Part shown: piece by piece, positions 56,646 to 64,000 of the stretch | Layout: each line of letters begins with the position of its first letter | How positions within the stretch are numbered: position 1 is the stretch's first letter | Source of the DNA: an uncultured Bacteroidales bacterium | Lineage (GTDB): Bacteria > Bacteroidota > Bacteroidia > Bacteroidales > UBA7960 | Direction of reading: 5' to 3' | DNA length: 64,000 bases | Assembly (NCBI GenBank): GCA_964463915.1 | Contig: CAYXEH010000001.1 | Coordinates: 67,293-131,292, forward strand | The notes under the pieces: model-generated | Seen by the model: only the letters and a program-made list of their open reading frames with translations | Told to the model about the DNA's origin: nothing | Databases searched by the model: none | Made by a program: the position numbers and the translations under genes

Positions 56646-57092
56646 TTATAAGGAACCCCGGAAAAGTTCTTTCAGTTCTTTGGGTAACTGTGCAATGATA
56701 TCCTCAAATTCTCCTTTGGAAATATAATTGTCAACCAGAACTGAAAATACAGTTTGGATAATTTCTTCCGTTGACATTTTCCAGCTGAATTCCTGTTCCC
56801 CGTATTGTTCCTGGTGTTTCTCCACTTCATCAATGAACTCCTTCCTGGTGTTCAGATCCAAAGGTTTCTCACGATATTTCCAATTATCCACATAAACAGC
56901 CTTCAGGCTCATGGGCAACTGCGACAACATATTCAAGGATTCACTGATGGTAATACGTTCCCGCAGAGAATGCAGCACCGCCCTAAGTACAATCGAGGTT
57001 CTTCCTCTTTCTTCCGGATGACCCAAACGGTTTGCCAGTTTGTTGATAAATTCATTGCCTTCTTTTGCAAACTTTTCAAAATTCAAAGCCAT
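56646..57092 (-). CDS. DUF2267-domain protein
   Basis: Two helical repeats of about 65 aa, with 'RAVLHSLRERITISESLNMLSQLP' typical of DUF2267. An SD-like GGAGGA lies 6 nt upstream of the ATG. Confidence 0.75.
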   Translation of the reverse strand: MALNFEKFAKEGNEFINKLANRLGHPEERGRTSIVLRAVLHSLRERITISESLNMLSQLPMSLKAVYVDNWKYREKPLDLNTRKEFIDEVEKHQEQYGEQEFSWKMSTEEIIQTVFSVLVDNYISKGEFEDIIAQLPKELKELFRGSL

Positions 57093-57353
57093 AACTTATC
57101 CTCCATTTTTATCGGTTTATAAAAAGCGTTTCAATATTTCATATGAAAGGGGGTTAAAAATCAACAGTGGTGTGAAAATTAAACCCCATTAAGAATTGTT
57201 TTTCCTGCATTTTGGCACCCAATAAAGGGGAAACCTCATTTTTCCCTTTAAAAAAGACAAATACCATACCACATACTTTTATTTGACTGAAGCTGAAAAC
57301 CGTGTATATTTTTATTATCGGCACACTTCATTTATATCCACATACGAAAATAT

Positions 57354-57369
57354 TGGCTCTGTTTTTGCA
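57354..57369 (+). promoter_or_regulatory. Candidate sigma-54 promoter (TGGCtC-N5-TTGCA) upstream of the erythromycin-esterase-family gene
   Basis: TGGCTC at 57354-57359, five nt of spacer, then TTGCA at 57365-57369. It ends 20 nt before the ATG at 57389. Confidence 0.4.
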
Positions 57370-57388
57370 CGGTTCATCGTAAAACAAT

Positions 57389-58720
57389 ATGATTATGCCA
57401 CTTTTTAATAAAAACGCGACAAATATCCCTGAAAAAGACATTATTGACCTGGTTCAGCGTCATTCTCATGACCTTGACCGGGGCCTTGAGCCCCTGCTGG
57501 AAAAAATCGGAGACGCACGGATCGTGTTGCTGGGGGAAGCCTCCCATGGAACCCATGAATATTATCTCTGGCGTTCGCGCATTACCCAGCGACTGGTTAA
57601 AGAAAAAGGATTCAAAATAATCGGGGTGGAGGGTGACTGGCCTGACTGCTACCAAATTAACCGGTATATTCGTCATTATGCCGACAGCAGGCCATCGGCA
57701 GTTGAAGTATTGAAAGAATTCGATCGGTGGCCCAGCTGGATGTGGGCCAATTGGGAAATCGCTGCTCTGATGGAGTGGCTGAAAAAATATAATTCAGAAA
57801 AACCATTTAATCAACAAACCGGATTTTACGGGCTTGATGTATACAGTCTTTGGGAATCACTGGAGGCCATTATAGAATATGTACGTAAGCATGATCCGGA
57901 TGCAACAGCCGCGGCCGTTGAGGCGCTTCAGTGTTTTGAACCTTATCAGCGCGAAGGTTCAACATACGCCTCCGCTGCCCGTTTTGTACCTGACTCGTGC
58001 AAAAAGGAAGTGCTTGATGTACTCAGAAAGATCAGAATGCGGGTGCCCATGTACAACAGCGATCCGGAGGCACCATTCAGTGCTGAACAAAATGCAATGA
58101 CCGCCGTAAATGCCGAACGCTATTACCGCTCCATGATCGAAGGCGGACCGGAATCCTGGAATATCCGTGATACGCATATGACCGACACACTGGAGAAGTT
58201 GCTTGATTTCCATGGTCCCGACTCCAGGGCCATTGTATGGGAACACAATACCCATATCGGTGACGCCCGTGCAACCGGCATGAGTCGTTCGGGAATGGTG
58301 AATGTCGGACAACTTGTCCGGGAAAAATGGGGACGGTCAAATTCAGTCCTTGTAGGTTTCGGTTCATACGAAGGTTCAGTCATTGCCGGAAGAGGATGGG
58401 GATCATCAATGGAAGAGATGGAAGTCCCTCCTGCCAGAGAAGATAGCTGGGAAGCCATCCTTCATCAATCCGACCCAAAAAACAAATTGATCATTACCTC
58501 CGAGCTGCGAAAAGAGTCAATGATGACCCAACACTTTAACCATCGGGCCATCGGAGTTGTTTATGATCCTGAACTGGAATACCGGCGAAATTATGTACCA
58601 AGCCTGATGACGGAACGCTATGATGCCTTTTTATTCCTGGATAAAAGCCAGGGACTGCATCCGGTCAAAGGAAAAGCAGATGTGAGTAAAACCCCGGAAA
58701 CTTATCCCTGGGGAATATAG
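57389..58720 (+). CDS. Erythromycin esterase (EreA/EreB-like) family protein
   Basis: 'VLLGEASHGTHEYY', 'GVEGDWPD' and 'WEHNTHIGD' motifs. Size of 443 aa. Confidence 0.85.
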   Translation: MIMPLFNKNATNIPEKDIIDLVQRHSHDLDRGLEPLLEKIGDARIVLLGEASHGTHEYYLWRSRITQRLVKEKGFKIIGVEGDWPDCYQINRYIRHYADSRPSAVEVLKEFDRWPSWMWANWEIAALMEWLKKYNSEKPFNQQTGFYGLDVYSLWESLEAIIEYVRKHDPDATAAAVEALQCFEPYQREGSTYASAARFVPDSCKKEVLDVLRKIRMRVPMYNSDPEAPFSAEQNAMTAVNAERYYRSMIEGGPESWNIRDTHMTDTLEKLLDFHGPDSRAIVWEHNTHIGDARATGMSRSGMVNVGQLVREKWGRSNSVLVGFGSYEGSVIAGRGWGSSMEEMEVPPAREDSWEAILHQSDPKNKLIITSELRKESMMTQHFNHRAIGVVYDPELEYRRNYVPSLMTERYDAFLFLDKSQGLHPVKGKADVSKTPETYPWGI

Positions 58721-58812
58721 CCGGCCAGGGTACCGGATCCGTTCAGAATCCGCAAAAGAGGGATCGCCGTGCATAACCAATTGTCTTGGGTTGCAGCCAT
58801 CATGAGGTAATC

Positions 58813-59439
58813 CTACTCCTTCTGACCACCGGTCAGGGGAACAAAGCGCACCGGAATGAGGTCATGTTCCACAAATTCTTCCTCGCTTGTTTTTTTTATC
58901 AACGTAAGCTTCTGGAAACCATTTCCCAGGGGAATTAACAATTTACCCCCGGTCTTTAGTTGCTCTTTCAGTGCATTTGGTACACGAGGAGCTGCTGCCG
59001 TGAGCATTATCTTGTCAAAAGGTGCTTTTTCATACCACCCCTGATAGCCATCCCCATAACGGAGGGTCACATTGTCAATGCCGGCTTTTATGAGGTTTTT
59101 GCGGGCCAGCTCAGCCAGCCATTCTATGATCTCAATGCTGTAAACCTGTGACACGAGACGTGACAGTATCGCTGCATTGTATCCACAACCGCTGCCAATC
59201 TCCAGCACTTTATCTTCCGGTTTCAGCTCCATAGCCTGAGCCATGTAAGCTACGATATATGGCTGACTGATGGTTTGTCCTCTTCCGATCGGTAAGGGAG
59301 AATCATTGTATGCATCCTCTTTCATCTCCTCGGGAACAAACAGCTCCCTTTCTACCTCACGCATGGCACGAAGGACCTTGCCATCATAAATATCCCGTCC
59401 TTTAAGTTGATGCTCGATCATTTTGTCTTTTGGATCCAT
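58813..59439 (-). CDS. pcm: Protein-L-isoaspartate O-methyltransferase
   Basis: 'GQTISQPYIVAYM', 'VLEIGSGCGYNAA' and 'PFDKIMLTAAAP' motifs. Confidence 0.9.
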   Translation of the reverse strand: MDPKDKMIEHQLKGRDIYDGKVLRAMREVERELFVPEEMKEDAYNDSPLPIGRGQTISQPYIVAYMAQAMELKPEDKVLEIGSGCGYNAAILSRLVSQVYSIEIIEWLAELARKNLIKAGIDNVTLRYGDGYQGWYEKAPFDKIMLTAAAPRVPNALKEQLKTGGKLLIPLGNGFQKLTLIKKTSEEEFVEHDLIPVRFVPLTGGQKE

Positions 59440-59522
59440 GTTCTTCTATTTTTAATCCCTGCCATTTCCCTGAAACGCAAATGAGGATTAGCGCAGGTTC
59501 TGTGATTAAGAATTCGTTTACT

Positions 59523-60323
59523 TTATTGCGGCTTGCGTGCTACACTGAGTAAGTGTTTGGATTGCTGAACCATTTGAGGGTCTTCACAATGGTCGATTAC
59601 AAACTCCATCCAGGCATCTTTCAGCTTATCGTCAAGCGAATGAAAAAGTTCAAACCGCTCCCCGAAAAAACCTTCTGCCCCGGCCAGATGCAATGGTTCC
59701 AGTCCTGCTTCTTCCATCAGTGGATTCACCTCCGAGGGGTGGGCAAAATAGGCACCGGTAAAATACTCGGTAGCCTCCACAAAACGATCGTCTGTGCCTG
59801 TAGCCCATAGTTTCCTGGCTCCGTCGGGATAAAAGATGCCATTGGGGTTGTGTTTTACACCGTAAACCAGCGCCCCGATACGCGTCATAAAGGCAGAAAA
59901 AACTACGCCCCCGGGTTTCAGATGTTTTTTAGCCAAAGACAGTAATGTAAGACGTTTTTTCTTACTGATCATGTGATATAACGGGCCGAGAATCAATATT
60001 CCATCCCATTGTTTCTGGTTCCAGTACTTACTTTCCAGCGCATCCGAATTTTCAATAAACAAAAGATTTCGATGAGTTTCGACCCGCTTCTTTGCCAGCC
60101 GGATGTTTTGATCAGACAAATCACTCAAGCCGACAAAAAAACCTTTGTTAAGAAGTTCCCGGGCATAACGGCCTGTGCCACAACCAATGTCGAAGATCTG
60201 ATCGCCGGGATTCAGGTATTTTGTCACGAAATGCATGGTGACAGGAAGTTCAAACGGATGTTTATCGAGCCGTTTGTCTTCTTCAGCCACATGGTCATTG
60301 TAATATTCCTTTACCTTTTTCAT
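59523..60323 (-). CDS. Class I SAM-dependent methyltransferase
   Basis: Motif I 'IFDIGCGTGRYA' and post-I 'GLSDLS'. Size of 266 aa. Confidence 0.85.
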   Translation of the reverse strand: MKKVKEYYNDHVAEEDKRLDKHPFELPVTMHFVTKYLNPGDQIFDIGCGTGRYARELLNKGFFVGLSDLSDQNIRLAKKRVETHRNLLFIENSDALESKYWNQKQWDGILILGPLYHMISKKKRLTLLSLAKKHLKPGGVVFSAFMTRIGALVYGVKHNPNGIFYPDGARKLWATGTDDRFVEATEYFTGAYFAHPSEVNPLMEEAGLEPLHLAGAEGFFGERFELFHSLDDKLKDAWMEFVIDHCEDPQMVQQSKHLLSVARKPQ

Positions 60324-60484
60324 ATATCATATGGTTTTTGTGCTTTTTCACTGCCCTGACCAGAAAAGGCCATTTAAATCAGGAGAAAAACAGCAAACTG
60401 GTTTAAAATGTAAAACAAAAATGAAGCCATTAATGTTTTATTAATGAAAAACCAATTTCACAAATAAACCAAAAAAAATACACT

Positions 60485-60700
60485 ATGCAACAGAACATGG
60501 GCACCACAGACAAAGTGATCAGGATTGTCATTGCAGCATTGCTGGCAGTGCTTTACTTTACCAATGTAATTACAGGAACCCCCGGAATTGTCCTGCTTGT
60601 AGTTGCAGCAATACTTCTGATCACAACAATCACAGGATTTTGCGGGGTTTATAAGGTTTTGGGCATCAATACCTGTCCCAGAAAAGAGAAGAAAGGGTGA
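60485..60700 (+). CDS. DUF2892 (YgaP-like) small membrane protein
   Basis: 71 aa. 'DKVIRIVIAALL' followed by two TM helices and 'GFCGVYKVLGINTC', typical of DUF2892. Confidence 0.75.
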   Translation: MQQNMGTTDKVIRIVIAALLAVLYFTNVITGTPGIVLLVVAAILLITTITGFCGVYKVLGINTCPRKEKKG

Positions 60701-60755
60701 GGCTTATATCCAGGCAGCCTGCAAAAAAACTAATCAGGGATTTCAAAAATAATTT

Positions 60756-60823
60756 GCTGATTAAACAGATCTATCGTAAAAGCGAACTGGCTGATTAAAC
60801 AGATCTATCGTAAAAACGAACTG
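60756..60823. repeat. Tandem direct duplication, 2 x 34 bp (1 mismatch)
   Basis: GCTGATTAAACAGATCTATCGTAAAAGCGAACTG (60756-60789) is followed directly by GCTGATTAAACAGATCTATCGTAAAAACGAACTG (60790-60823). Confidence 0.9.
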
Positions 60824-60935
60824 TTGGATAATCCTCTCCTCTCCACTCAATGGAGCTTGCATAGCTTTCAAGTCCGAGTGCTTCGAGAGAGAGTTTATTA
60901 AAGTTTACATCTCTGGAGCCTGTTTCTATCTGCAT
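60795..60935 (-). CDS. Possible small ORF (46 aa), function unknown
   Basis: My hand translation gives 'MQIETGSRDVNFNKLSLEALGLESYASSIEWRGEDYPTVRFYDRSV'. Its ATG overlaps the stop of the upstream small ORF by 1 nt (TAATG). Its stop lies inside repeat copy 2. It is below the ORF-track size cut-off. Confidence 0.2.
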   Translation of the reverse strand: MQIETGSRDVNFNKLSLEALGLESYASSIEWRGEDYPTVRFYDRSV

Positions 60936-61114
60936 TAAAATTCTGTTCCATTAATTGTGCAGGGTATAAACACCCATCCGTTCCTTACGACATAAGCCAC
61001 CGCTGCCGGGCTGTATAAGTGGCCACACCAACTGCCAATCCCCCAATATTCAGTGCATAAAAGTATCTGTCTTAGAATATTTCTCCTCGCTATGCGAATG
61101 GGATAATGAATCAC
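60935..61114 (-). CDS. Possible small ORF or gene remnant (59 aa from GTG), Cys/Trp-rich
   Basis: My hand translation gives 'VIHYPIRIARRNILRQILLCTEYWGIGSWCGHLYSPAAVAYVVRNGWVFIPCTINGTEF'. There is no ATG in the frame, only a GTG at 61112-61114. It may be a fragment of a decayed gene. Confidence 0.2.
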   Translation of the reverse strand: MIHYPIRIARRNILRQILLCTEYWGIGSWCGHLYSPAAVAYVVRNGWVFIPCTINGTEF

Positions 61115-61307
61115 GAGACAATTTTTTTATAAAGTATCTTATTTATAACATGGTTTATGCCAGCACGAATAATATACTAGTATTCAAACGCAAAAAGTTT
61201 TACCGCATAGACTGAAATGTACCGGAGCGGATACCGGGTGTCCGTATAAGCACACCTGACCCAATGATTGAATGACAAAGGGTAAATTCCTGACAACCTG
61301 ACACGGC

Positions 61308-61337
61308 ATAAAAAAACCCCTTGTTTTTCAAGGGGTT
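61308..61337 (-). terminator. Rho-independent terminator after tRNA-Cys
   Basis: The minus strand reads AACCCCTTG-AAAAA-CAAGGGGTT followed by TTTTTAT. The hairpin starts 10 nt after the tRNA 3' end. Confidence 0.8.
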
Positions 61338-61347
61338 AGGGGGAGCT

Positions 61348-61421
61348 TGGAGGTCTCGAGCGGATTCGAACCGCTGTAAATGGTTTTGCAGACCACCGCC
61401 TAGCCACTCGGCCACGAGACC
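61348..61421 (-). tRNA. tRNA-Cys (anticodon GCA), CCA encoded
   Basis: Hand-folded cloverleaf of 74 nt. Acceptor GGTCTCG/CGAGACC, 3-bp D stem, anticodon stem GTGGT/ACCAT with loop CTGCAAA, T arm AGCGG-TTCGAAT-CCGCT, discriminator U73, then CCA. Confidence 0.9.
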
Positions 61422-61527
61422 ATTTCGCATAAGGTGGTGCAAATTTAATGATATCCGCAAAACCCACAAAATAAATTTAATCCATTTCAATCCTCAAGGC
61501 TTACCTCTGAAGGATGACACCTGCTGC

Positions 61528-61878
61528 TTACCGTTCCATTTCCAGGCTGACGCATCGCATTTCTCCGCCCATGGGTGGATGCATCTTGGACACCTTCAGC
61601 TTCATATGGCGTATTTCGGGAAAACTATCCCCCAGGGCATCCAGTATCAGCCTGCCCAGGTGTTCAAGCAAATGCGATTTATTGGCCATCTGTGCTTTTA
61701 CGGTCTCATACACTGCCTGGTAGTTCACCGTATCCTGCAGGTTGTCCGATTGTTCCGCGTTCCAGGTATCCACTTCAATGATCAGATCTACAATGAAACG
61801 ATTCCCTATCACCTGTTCCTCTTTGAAACACCCGTGATAGGCATAAAACTCCATACCCTCGAGCAAAATCCTTGACAT
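61528..61878 (-). CDS. folB: Dihydroneopterin aldolase
   Basis: 'ILLEGMEFYAYHGCFKEEQVIGNRFIVDL' and 'VNYQAVYE...LLE.L' are typical FolB. I chose the start at the ATG giving 'MSRILLEG' (116 aa). Confidence 0.85.
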   Translation of the reverse strand: MSRILLEGMEFYAYHGCFKEEQVIGNRFIVDLIIEVDTWNAEQSDNLQDTVNYQAVYETVKAQMANKSHLLEHLGRLILDALGDSFPEIRHMKLKVSKMHPPMGGEMRCVSLEMER

Positions 61879-61940
61879 AGCAACAAATCTTTGAATAATC
61901 AAAAGTACATATTTTCACCCCATAAAAAGACATTTTTTTG

Positions 61941-61948
61941 TACTTTTG
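61941..61948 (+). promoter_or_regulatory. -7 promoter box (TActTTTG) upstream of glnS
   Basis: TACTTTTG lies 123 nt upstream of the glnS ATG, implying a leader of about 115 nt. There is no clear -33 TTTG. Confidence 0.35.
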
Positions 61949-62070
61949 CCTTTTGAAAAACCGAATTAACCGTTCGGCCATAGCCCTCGACAAACCAACG
62001 ACTGGAGAGGGCGCAGCCCCCGACCAACTAACAACCGGAGGCGAGCAGCGCCGATAAACAAACAACTTAC

Positions 62071-63759
62071 ATGAAAGATAACAACGACACCCCTGCCGCT
62101 TCCCTGAATTTCATTGAACAGATCATTGAAAAAGACCTGCAGGAAGGAACTACAGGCGGGCGGGTTCATACCCGGTTCCCCCCGGAACCAAACGGTTATC
62201 TTCATATTGGCCACGCAAAATCCATTTGCCTGAATTTTGGATTGGCAGAAAAATATAACGGAAAGTGCAACCTGCGATTTGATGACACCAATCCCACCAG
62301 GGAAAATGTGGAATATGTCAATTCAATCAGGGCGGATGTAAAATGGCTGGGATTTGACTGGGAAGACAGGGAGTTTTACGCATCCGATTATTTTGAACAG
62401 CTTTACGAACTGGCTGTTTACCTGATCAGGAAAGGGAAGGCCTTTGTGTGTGACATGACAGGAGAGGAAATGGCGGCCAATCGGGGAACGCCTGCTACGC
62501 CCGGGAAAGAAAGCCCCTGGCGCAACCGCAGTCCCGAAGAAAACCTCGACCTGTTTGCACGTATGCGCAGGGGAGAGTTTGCAGACGGAGAAAAGGTATT
62601 GCGTGCCAAAATTGACATGTCATCCCCGAACATGCATATGCGCGACCCGGTTATGTATCGTATCATGCGCACAGCTCACCACCGTACCGGCGATCAATGG
62701 TGCATCTACCCCATGTATGACTGGGCGCACGGCCAGAGCGATTACCTGGAAAACATCACCCATTCTGTTTGTACCCTGGAATTTGAGGTACACAGGCCCC
62801 TTTACGACTGGTTCCTGGATAACCTGGACATACAGGAGAACCGCCCCCGGCAGTTTGAGTTTGCGCGCCTGAACCTGAATTATACCGTCATGAGCAAGCG
62901 TAAACTGCTTGAACTGGTTGAAGGCGGATATGTGAAAGGCTGGGATGATCCACGCATGCCCACAGTTTCCGGATTGCGACGCAGAGGTTACACCCCTGCT
63001 TCCATACGCACCTTCTCCGAGAAAGTCGGGGTGGCGAAGAGGGAAAATGTGATCGACATGGCCCTGCTGGAATATTGCATCCGTGAAGACCTGAATAAAA
63101 ATGCTCCCCGCGTAATGGGCGTGCTTGATCCGGTGAAGCTGGTCATTGACAATTATCCGGATGACCAGGTGGAAGAACTTGAAGCCACCCGAAACCCGGA
63201 AAGACCTGAAGAAGGCCACCGGATGGTTCCTTTCAGCAAAATTTTGTATATTGAGCGAAAAGATTTCATGGAAGATCCACCGAAAAAGTTCTTCCGATTG
63301 TCCCCGGGAAAAGAAGTCAGGCTTAAGTATGCATACATCATTCGTTGCGAAAGTGTGGAGAAGGACCAGGCAGGTAACATTACGGCAATTCACTGCACTT
63401 ATGATCCGGAAACCAAAAGCGGCATGGGGAGTACAAAGAAAGTAAAGGGGACTTTACACTGGGTGAGTGCCGATCATTGTCTGAATGCGGAATTACGACT
63501 GTACGACAGGCTTTTTGAAGCCCCGGATCCTGACGATGTGCCGGAAGGCGGTGATTTCAAAGATTCACTGAACCAGGAATCACTGGAAGTGACCAGCGGA
63601 TTGGTTGAACCATCGGTAAAAGATGGAGTGGCAGGACAGCGTTACCAATTCGAAAGAACTGGTTATTTTTGCATAGACCCTGACAGTAGTCCGGAGAAAC
63701 TGGTGTTTAACCGCACAGTGACCCTGAGAGATTCCTGGGCGAAAATGCAGGGGAAGTAA
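62071..63759 (+). CDS. glnS: Glutamine--tRNA ligase
   Basis: Class I motifs '[14 protein letters not shown]' (HIGH) and 'VMSKRKL' (KMSKS). 'RFDDTNP'. Size of 562 aa. Confidence 0.95.
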   Translation: MKDNNDTPAASLNFIEQIIEKDLQEGTTGGRVHTRFPPEPNGYLHIGHAKSICLNFGLAEKYNGKCNLRFDDTNPTRENVEYVNSIRADVKWLGFDWEDREFYASDYFEQLYELAVYLIRKGKAFVCDMTGEEMAANRGTPATPGKESPWRNRSPEENLDLFARMRRGEFADGEKVLRAKIDMSSPNMHMRDPVMYRIMRTAHHRTGDQWCIYPMYDWAHGQSDYLENITHSVCTLEFEVHRPLYDWFLDNLDIQENRPRQFEFARLNLNYTVMSKRKLLELVEGGYVKGWDDPRMPTVSGLRRRGYTPASIRTFSEKVGVAKRENVIDMALLEYCIREDLNKNAPRVMGVLDPVKLVIDNYPDDQVEELEATRNPERPEEGHRMVPFSKILYIERKDFMEDPPKKFFRLSPGKEVRLKYAYIIRCESVEKDQAGNITAIHCTYDPETKSGMGSTKKVKGTLHWVSADHCLNAELRLYDRLFEAPDPDDVPEGGDFKDSLNQESLEVTSGLVEPSVKDGVAGQRYQFERTGYFCIDPDSSPEKLVFNRTVTLRDSWAKMQGK

Positions 63760-63766
63760 TACATAT

Positions 63767-63839
63767 TGTCCCGTGGTGTAATTGGCAACACGTCTGATTC
63801 TGGATCAGAAGAGTCCAGGTTCGAGCCCTGGCGGGACAA
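63767..63839 (+). tRNA. tRNA-Gln (anticodon CTG), no encoded CCA
   Basis: Hand-folded cloverleaf of 73 nt. Acceptor TGTCCCG/CGGGACA (U1-A72), D arm GTGT-AATTGGCA-ACAC, anticodon stem TCTGA/TCAGA with loop TTCTGGA, T arm CCAGG-TTCGAGC-CCTGG. It starts 7 nt after the glnS stop. Confidence 0.9.
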
Positions 63840-63844
63840 CTTAT

Positions 63845-63889
63845 AAAACAGCCACTTACAGCCTTATTGCTTGAGTGGCTGTTTTATTT
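63845..63889 (+). terminator. Rho-independent terminator after tRNA-Gln
   Basis: 12-bp stem AAAACAGCCACT/AGTGGCTGTTTT with a 17-nt loop, followed by ATTT. Confidence 0.75.
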
Positions 63890-64000
63890 CCTACAGGAGG
63901 GATTTCGGTTGATCACCCATAAAACCCGCCGGGACATATAATTGCTTCTACATAACACTTTTTAAAAGCTGTAAAGCCTTGCTCATAAAGGGTTACAGAG

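Noticed and set aside
57213-57218. A perfect TGGCAC hexamer that could be a -24 sigma-54 element.
   Set aside because: The position where TTGC should lie, five nt downstream, reads AAAG. There is no -12 element, so it is probably chance.
60756-60823. The 34-bp direct repeats could be taken for a mini CRISPR array.
   Set aside because: There are only two copies and they abut directly with no spacer. No cas genes lie nearby and there is no repeat palindrome typical of CRISPR. It is a simple tandem duplication.
60701-61421. I looked for an integrated mobile element at tRNA-Cys, meaning an att duplication of the tRNA 3' end.
   Set aside because: There is no integrase or other mobile-element gene. 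The only similarity to the tRNA 3' end nearby is an 8-nt match (GAGCGGAT), which is not significant.
61200-61875. ORFs 61200-61490(-) and 61321-61875(+).
   Set aside because: They overlap the tRNA-Cys gene and its terminator, or lie antisense to folB. Their products show no motifs.
61949-62070. I considered whether the glnS leader is a T-box or another known riboswitch.
   Set aside because: I see no specifier-loop or T-box consensus, no terminator/antiterminator pair and no U-tract. T-boxes are also not expected in Bacteroidota. It is reported only as an unexplained structured leader.

Overview
This 64-kb window looks like a chromosomal segment of a Bacteroidota genome. The evidence is a SusC/SusD pair, lipoprotein glycoside hydrolases, several TTTG-N19-22-TAnnTTTG promoters, a large FtsX/MacB-type permease, and mostly SD-less starts. 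Coding density is high, and I call about 50 protein genes and 2 tRNAs. No rRNA, CRISPR array, transposase, integrase or prophage genes are visible.

Layout:
- 0.2-5.7 kb: a zapA-like cell-division pair, two tandem paralogous 7TM-PAS-HisKA_2 sensor kinases, and trxB.
- 5.9-11.9 kb: a lipoprotein serpin followed by an overlapping metallophosphoesterase and coiled-coil ABC-type ATPase pair (SbcCD/YhaON-like).
- 12-20 kb: an FtsX permease, ilvA, an NMO/FabK-like oxidoreductase, a serine hydrolase, and a translationally coupled PP2C phosphatase and CAP-domain pair.
- 20.2-39.5 kb: a beta-1,3-glucan (laminarin-type) polysaccharide utilisation locus. It contains a propeller/YYY/LuxR regulator, a PKD lipoprotein, GH16, SusC, SusD, an MFS sugar porter, a clan GH-A enzyme (GH158-like), GH3, and a 1120-aa signal-less GH94-clan phosphorylase-like protein.
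- 39.6-42.5 kb: a DUF134 regulator, a cysteine-free Mrp-type ATPase, DUF1847 and a radical-SAM protein.
- 46-50 kb: a sodium/sugar symporter, galM and galK.
- 55.4-60.7 kb: a stress or protein-repair style cluster (BON, PEBP, DUF2267, erythromycin-esterase family, PIMT, a methyltransferase, DUF2892).
- 60.7-63.9 kb: a gene-poor gap, tRNA-Cys, folB, glnS and tRNA-Gln.

Most interesting to me:
- The PUL with its cytoplasmic phosphorylase-like enzyme and a candidate operator repeat.
- The DUF1847/radical-SAM and DUF134/Cys-less Mrp island.
- The membrane-inserted SbcC-like ATPase next to a serpin.
- A 43-aa DksA/TraR zinc-finger-only ORF with its own canonical promoter.

All family assignments come from motif recognition by eye. 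No database search was run.
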